DNA of 64,000 nt from assembly GCF_009914755.1 (NCBI RefSeq), contig NC_060947.1. One strand, given 5' to 3'. Source of the DNA: the human T2T-CHM13v2.0 reference genome, Homo sapiens. The notes under the pieces were generated by a model. It saw nothing but the letters and a program-made list of their open reading frames with translations. It was not told the origin of the DNA and made no database searches. Shown here in pieces: positions 56,525 to 64,000 of this stretch; position 1 is the first letter of the stretch, and each line of letters starts with the position of its first letter. Made by a program: the position numbers and the translations under genes.

Positions 56525-57915
56525 GTTGTACCTGCATCCACACAATTTATCACCTTAAGGAGACAATTTTATGCCATGAAACTTGCTGGACCTGTAACTG
56601 TGTGAAGTAAATCATACCCAGATAGACTCAGTGAGGAGTGTATTTAATTTCTGAAAGAACAAGATTCCTGATGAACCTGGGTGGTTTAGGCCTCATTTTG
56701 TTTTCACACGGAGTAAAAAAAGGAAAAATTCAACAGTAAGACCAGGTTGCACCAAACTGGACAAATCTCCAGGAAGCCATGTTGGGTGGTGCCTTTGTCT
56801 CTGGGTGGCGTTTTTTTCAGCCAGGAAGGGCGGGAGAAAAGGGCGCCAAGAGAGGGCTTTCTTGAAAATATGGAGTACTACTGCCACCGTGAGGAAATCG
56901 TTTAATAACGCAATACGCCATTATAGCTTCTTTCCGGGAAGCCTGGCTGTGGGGGAAGGTCTGATCTGTGCGGTGGTGGAAGAGGTTTGGGCTCCAGGCT
57001 AGGTCTTCTTGGCTTCTCCTGGAACTCCTGAAGAGAAACCTGTACATTGGCGATATCTTGGTGTAGAACCTGGAGAGTGAGGGGCTTGCAATGAAGCAGC
57101 AGCTGCCCAGCGGTCCTGGCACAGGAAGTCGTGGGGCGGGGTCTCGGTTCCTAGTGTGGGCAGGACTGCAGGAACCCACTCAAACACAAATGGAGGCTCT
57201 TGGGGGCATCTGTCTCATGTAATTGCCCCTTGGAGCAAGAGTCAGCTGGCTTTCATGTGCTGTCATCTTGCTATGGGTCTTTGGGTCTCTGGTAGCATAA
57301 GTACCGCGCAAAATCAACAAAGGTATTCAAAGGGAAGTTTACAGGATTTGCTATTAGAACCTTCACTCTCCAGGTTCTATACCAAAATATCGCCAATGTC
57401 CATGTCTCTTTTAAGGCCTTAGACAAGAAGGCAAGGACTCCCAGCCTGGAGCCCAAGCCTCTTCCACTTCCCCACAGACCAGTCCTTCCCCAACAGGTAG
57501 TCCTCAGAGAACGCTGTAATAATGGCGTAGGGATTCACTAAACGACTTCCTCGCGATGGCAGTAGTGCTCCAGATATGCCAAGAAGCCCTGTCTTTGAGC
57601 CAAGGTCTTCCGCCCTTCCTGTCTGAGAAAACGCCACCTATAGACAAATCACAACCAAACGTGGATGCCTTCTATTTTGCCCAGTTGGTAGTCAGCTGGT
57701 CTTACTGCTGCACTTTTTCTTTTTGTTTTGCGCTTGAAATCAAACCAAGGCCTAAACCACCTGCCTCCATCAGGAATCTTGATCTTTCAAAAATGAAATC
57801 TCCTCCTGACCTAGTCTGTGTAGGTTTGATTTACTTCAGAGTTACAGGACCAGTAATTTCCGTGGCATCAAACTGTCTCTTTCAGGGGATAAATTCGGTG
57901 GATGGACATACAAAA
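56525..57915. repeat. Palindrome copy 5 (arms ~56525-57088 and ~57352-57915)
   Basis: gtggaagaggtttgggctccaggct/agcctggagcccaagcctcttccac (25 bp, one G:T); acattggcgatat/atatcgccaatgt. Confidence 0.95.
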
Positions 57916-57974
57916 AGAAAAGGGCTTAAAGCTTGGAAAAGATCTTTCCAGTAAACAATTAAAAAATCCCAGGG

Positions 57975-62335
<4,361 letters not shown>

Positions 62336-62580
62336 CCTTGTAGTATATCTGTTAAAACAAGTTTTCTTCACTGAAAACTTGAGTACTTTTCAAATATAAT
62401 TAATTATTCATGGAAATAATGATAGGTTTAAAAGTACTGGCACTTTTAAAAACTGAGTTTGTATAATTCATAAAACATAAAATTAACCATTAAAATGTGT
62501 GAAATTTAGTGGCATTTAGTATATTCACAATGCAGTGCAAGCATTACCACTATCTAGTGGCAAATCATTTTCATTACATT

Positions 62581-63753
62581 CAACTTGCTGGACCTGTAAC
62601 TGTGTGAGGTAAATCATACCCAGATAGACTCAGTGAGCAGTATATTTAATTTCTGAAAGAACAAGATTCTTGATGAGCATGGGTGGTTTAGGCCTCATTT
62701 TGTTTAGAGATGGAAAAAAAAAAAGCGAAAATTCAACAGTAAGACCAGGTTGCACCAAACTGGACAAATCTCCAGGCAGCCATATTGGGTGGCGCCTTTG
62801 TCTCTGAGTGGCGTTTTTTCAGACGGGAAGGGTGGGAGAAAAGGGCGCCAAGATAGGGATTCCTTGAAAATGTGAAGCACGACTGCCACCGTGAGGAAAT
62901 CGTTTAAAGACACAATACGCCATTACAGCGTCCTTCCTGGAAAGATTCGCTGTGGGGAAAAGTCTGAACAGTGGGAGGTGGCAGACGCTTGGGCTCCAGG
63001 CTAGGTCTTCTTGCTTTCTCCTCTAAGGCCTGAAGAGAGGCCTTAACATTGGCGGTATCTTGGTGTAGAACCTGGAGTGCGATGGGCTCGAAGTCAACCA
63101 GCAGCTGCCAGGAGGTCCCGGCACAGGAAATCGTGGGGCCGGGCCCCAGTTCCTCCTGGTGTGGGCAGGACTGCAGGAACCCACTCAAACACACATGGAG
63201 GCTCTTGCGGGCATCTATCTCTTATTCCTGTCCCTTGGAGCAAGAGTCAGCCAACGTTCTCGTGCTGGCTATGGGTCTTTGGGTCTCTGGTAGCATCAGT
63301 ACCGCGCACATAGAACAGGGTTATTCCAGGGGAAGTTTATAGGATTTGCTTTCAGAACGTTCAATCTCCATGTTCTATACCAAGATACCGCCCATATCCA
63401 GGTCTCTTTTAAGGCCTTAGAGGAGAAGACAAGGACTCCTACCTAGCATGGAGCCCAAGCCTCTTCCACCTCCCCACAGACCAGACCTTGGCCAACAGGT
63501 AGTCCTCACGGGGAAGAACACTGTAATGGTGGAAGGGTTTTTTTTTAAACGATATCCGCGCGATGGCAGTATTGCTCCACATACAGGAAGAAGCCCCGGT
63601 TCAAAGTCCTCTTCTCCCGCCCTTCCTGCCTCAAAAAAAAGCCACCCATAGACAAGCGTTCCAAACCTGGATGCTTTATATCTTGCAGTTTGGAGCTTGC
63701 CGGTCTTACTGCTGCACTTTTTCTTTTTATTTTCAACTTGAAATCAAACTAAA
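62581..63753. repeat. Palindrome copy 6 (left ~62581-63085; right ~63352-63753, interrupted by an Alu at 63754-64000)
   Basis: ttctcctctaaggcc/ggccttagaggagaa; ggcggtatcttggtgtagaac/gttctataccaagataccgcc. Confidence 0.93.
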
Positions 63754-64000
63754 GGCCGGGCGCGGTGGCTCACGCCTGTAATCCCAGCACTTTGGGAGGC
63801 CAAGGAGGGCAGATCACCTGAGGTCGGGAATTCGAGACCAGCCTGACCAACATGGAGAAACCCCGTCTGTATTAAAAATACAAAATTAGCCGGGTGTGGT
63901 GACGCATGCCTGTAATCCCTGCTACTCGGGAGGCTGAGATAGGAGAATCGCTTGAACCCAGGAGGCAGAGGTTGAGGGATCGCGCCACTGCACTCCAGCC

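Noticed and set aside
56750-57660. G:U versus A:C bias as proof of a plus-strand RNA hairpin
   Set aside because: The loop-proximal stem shows recurring G:U (gtGtag/ctaTac), but a hand count over part of copy 5 gave only about 7 G:U to 4 A:C. That is too weak to assign a strand and needs a full count.

Overview
Primate (human-like) genomic DNA, dense in Alu, L1 and ERV elements, with no supportable intact protein-coding gene. Recognisable elements include a two-LTR HERV-H provirus (22262-28003, + strand), a MER4-group provirus (- strand), a MaLR provirus, MER50/MER51/LTR10-type LTRs and a MER1A DNA transposon. The main non-TE structure is a local tandem array of about 5-7 kb units. Six units each carry a ~1.2-1.7 kb imperfect palindrome: two ~550 bp inverted arms around a conserved ~260 bp GC-box/ETS spacer, centred near 14.95, 39.4, 44.7, 51.8, 57.2 and 63.2 kb. 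At least four substitutions specific to one copy occur in both of its arms and keep the pairing, which points to arm-to-arm homogenisation or selection on a long hairpin (a possible hpRNA/endo-siRNA or dsRNA locus). The arm appears to derive from a promoter/first-exon module; an older, diverged copy at ~21.2-21.9 kb still has a GTGAGT donor on the - strand. Repeat subfamily names are recalled from consensus sequences, not from a database search, and all alignments were made by eye.
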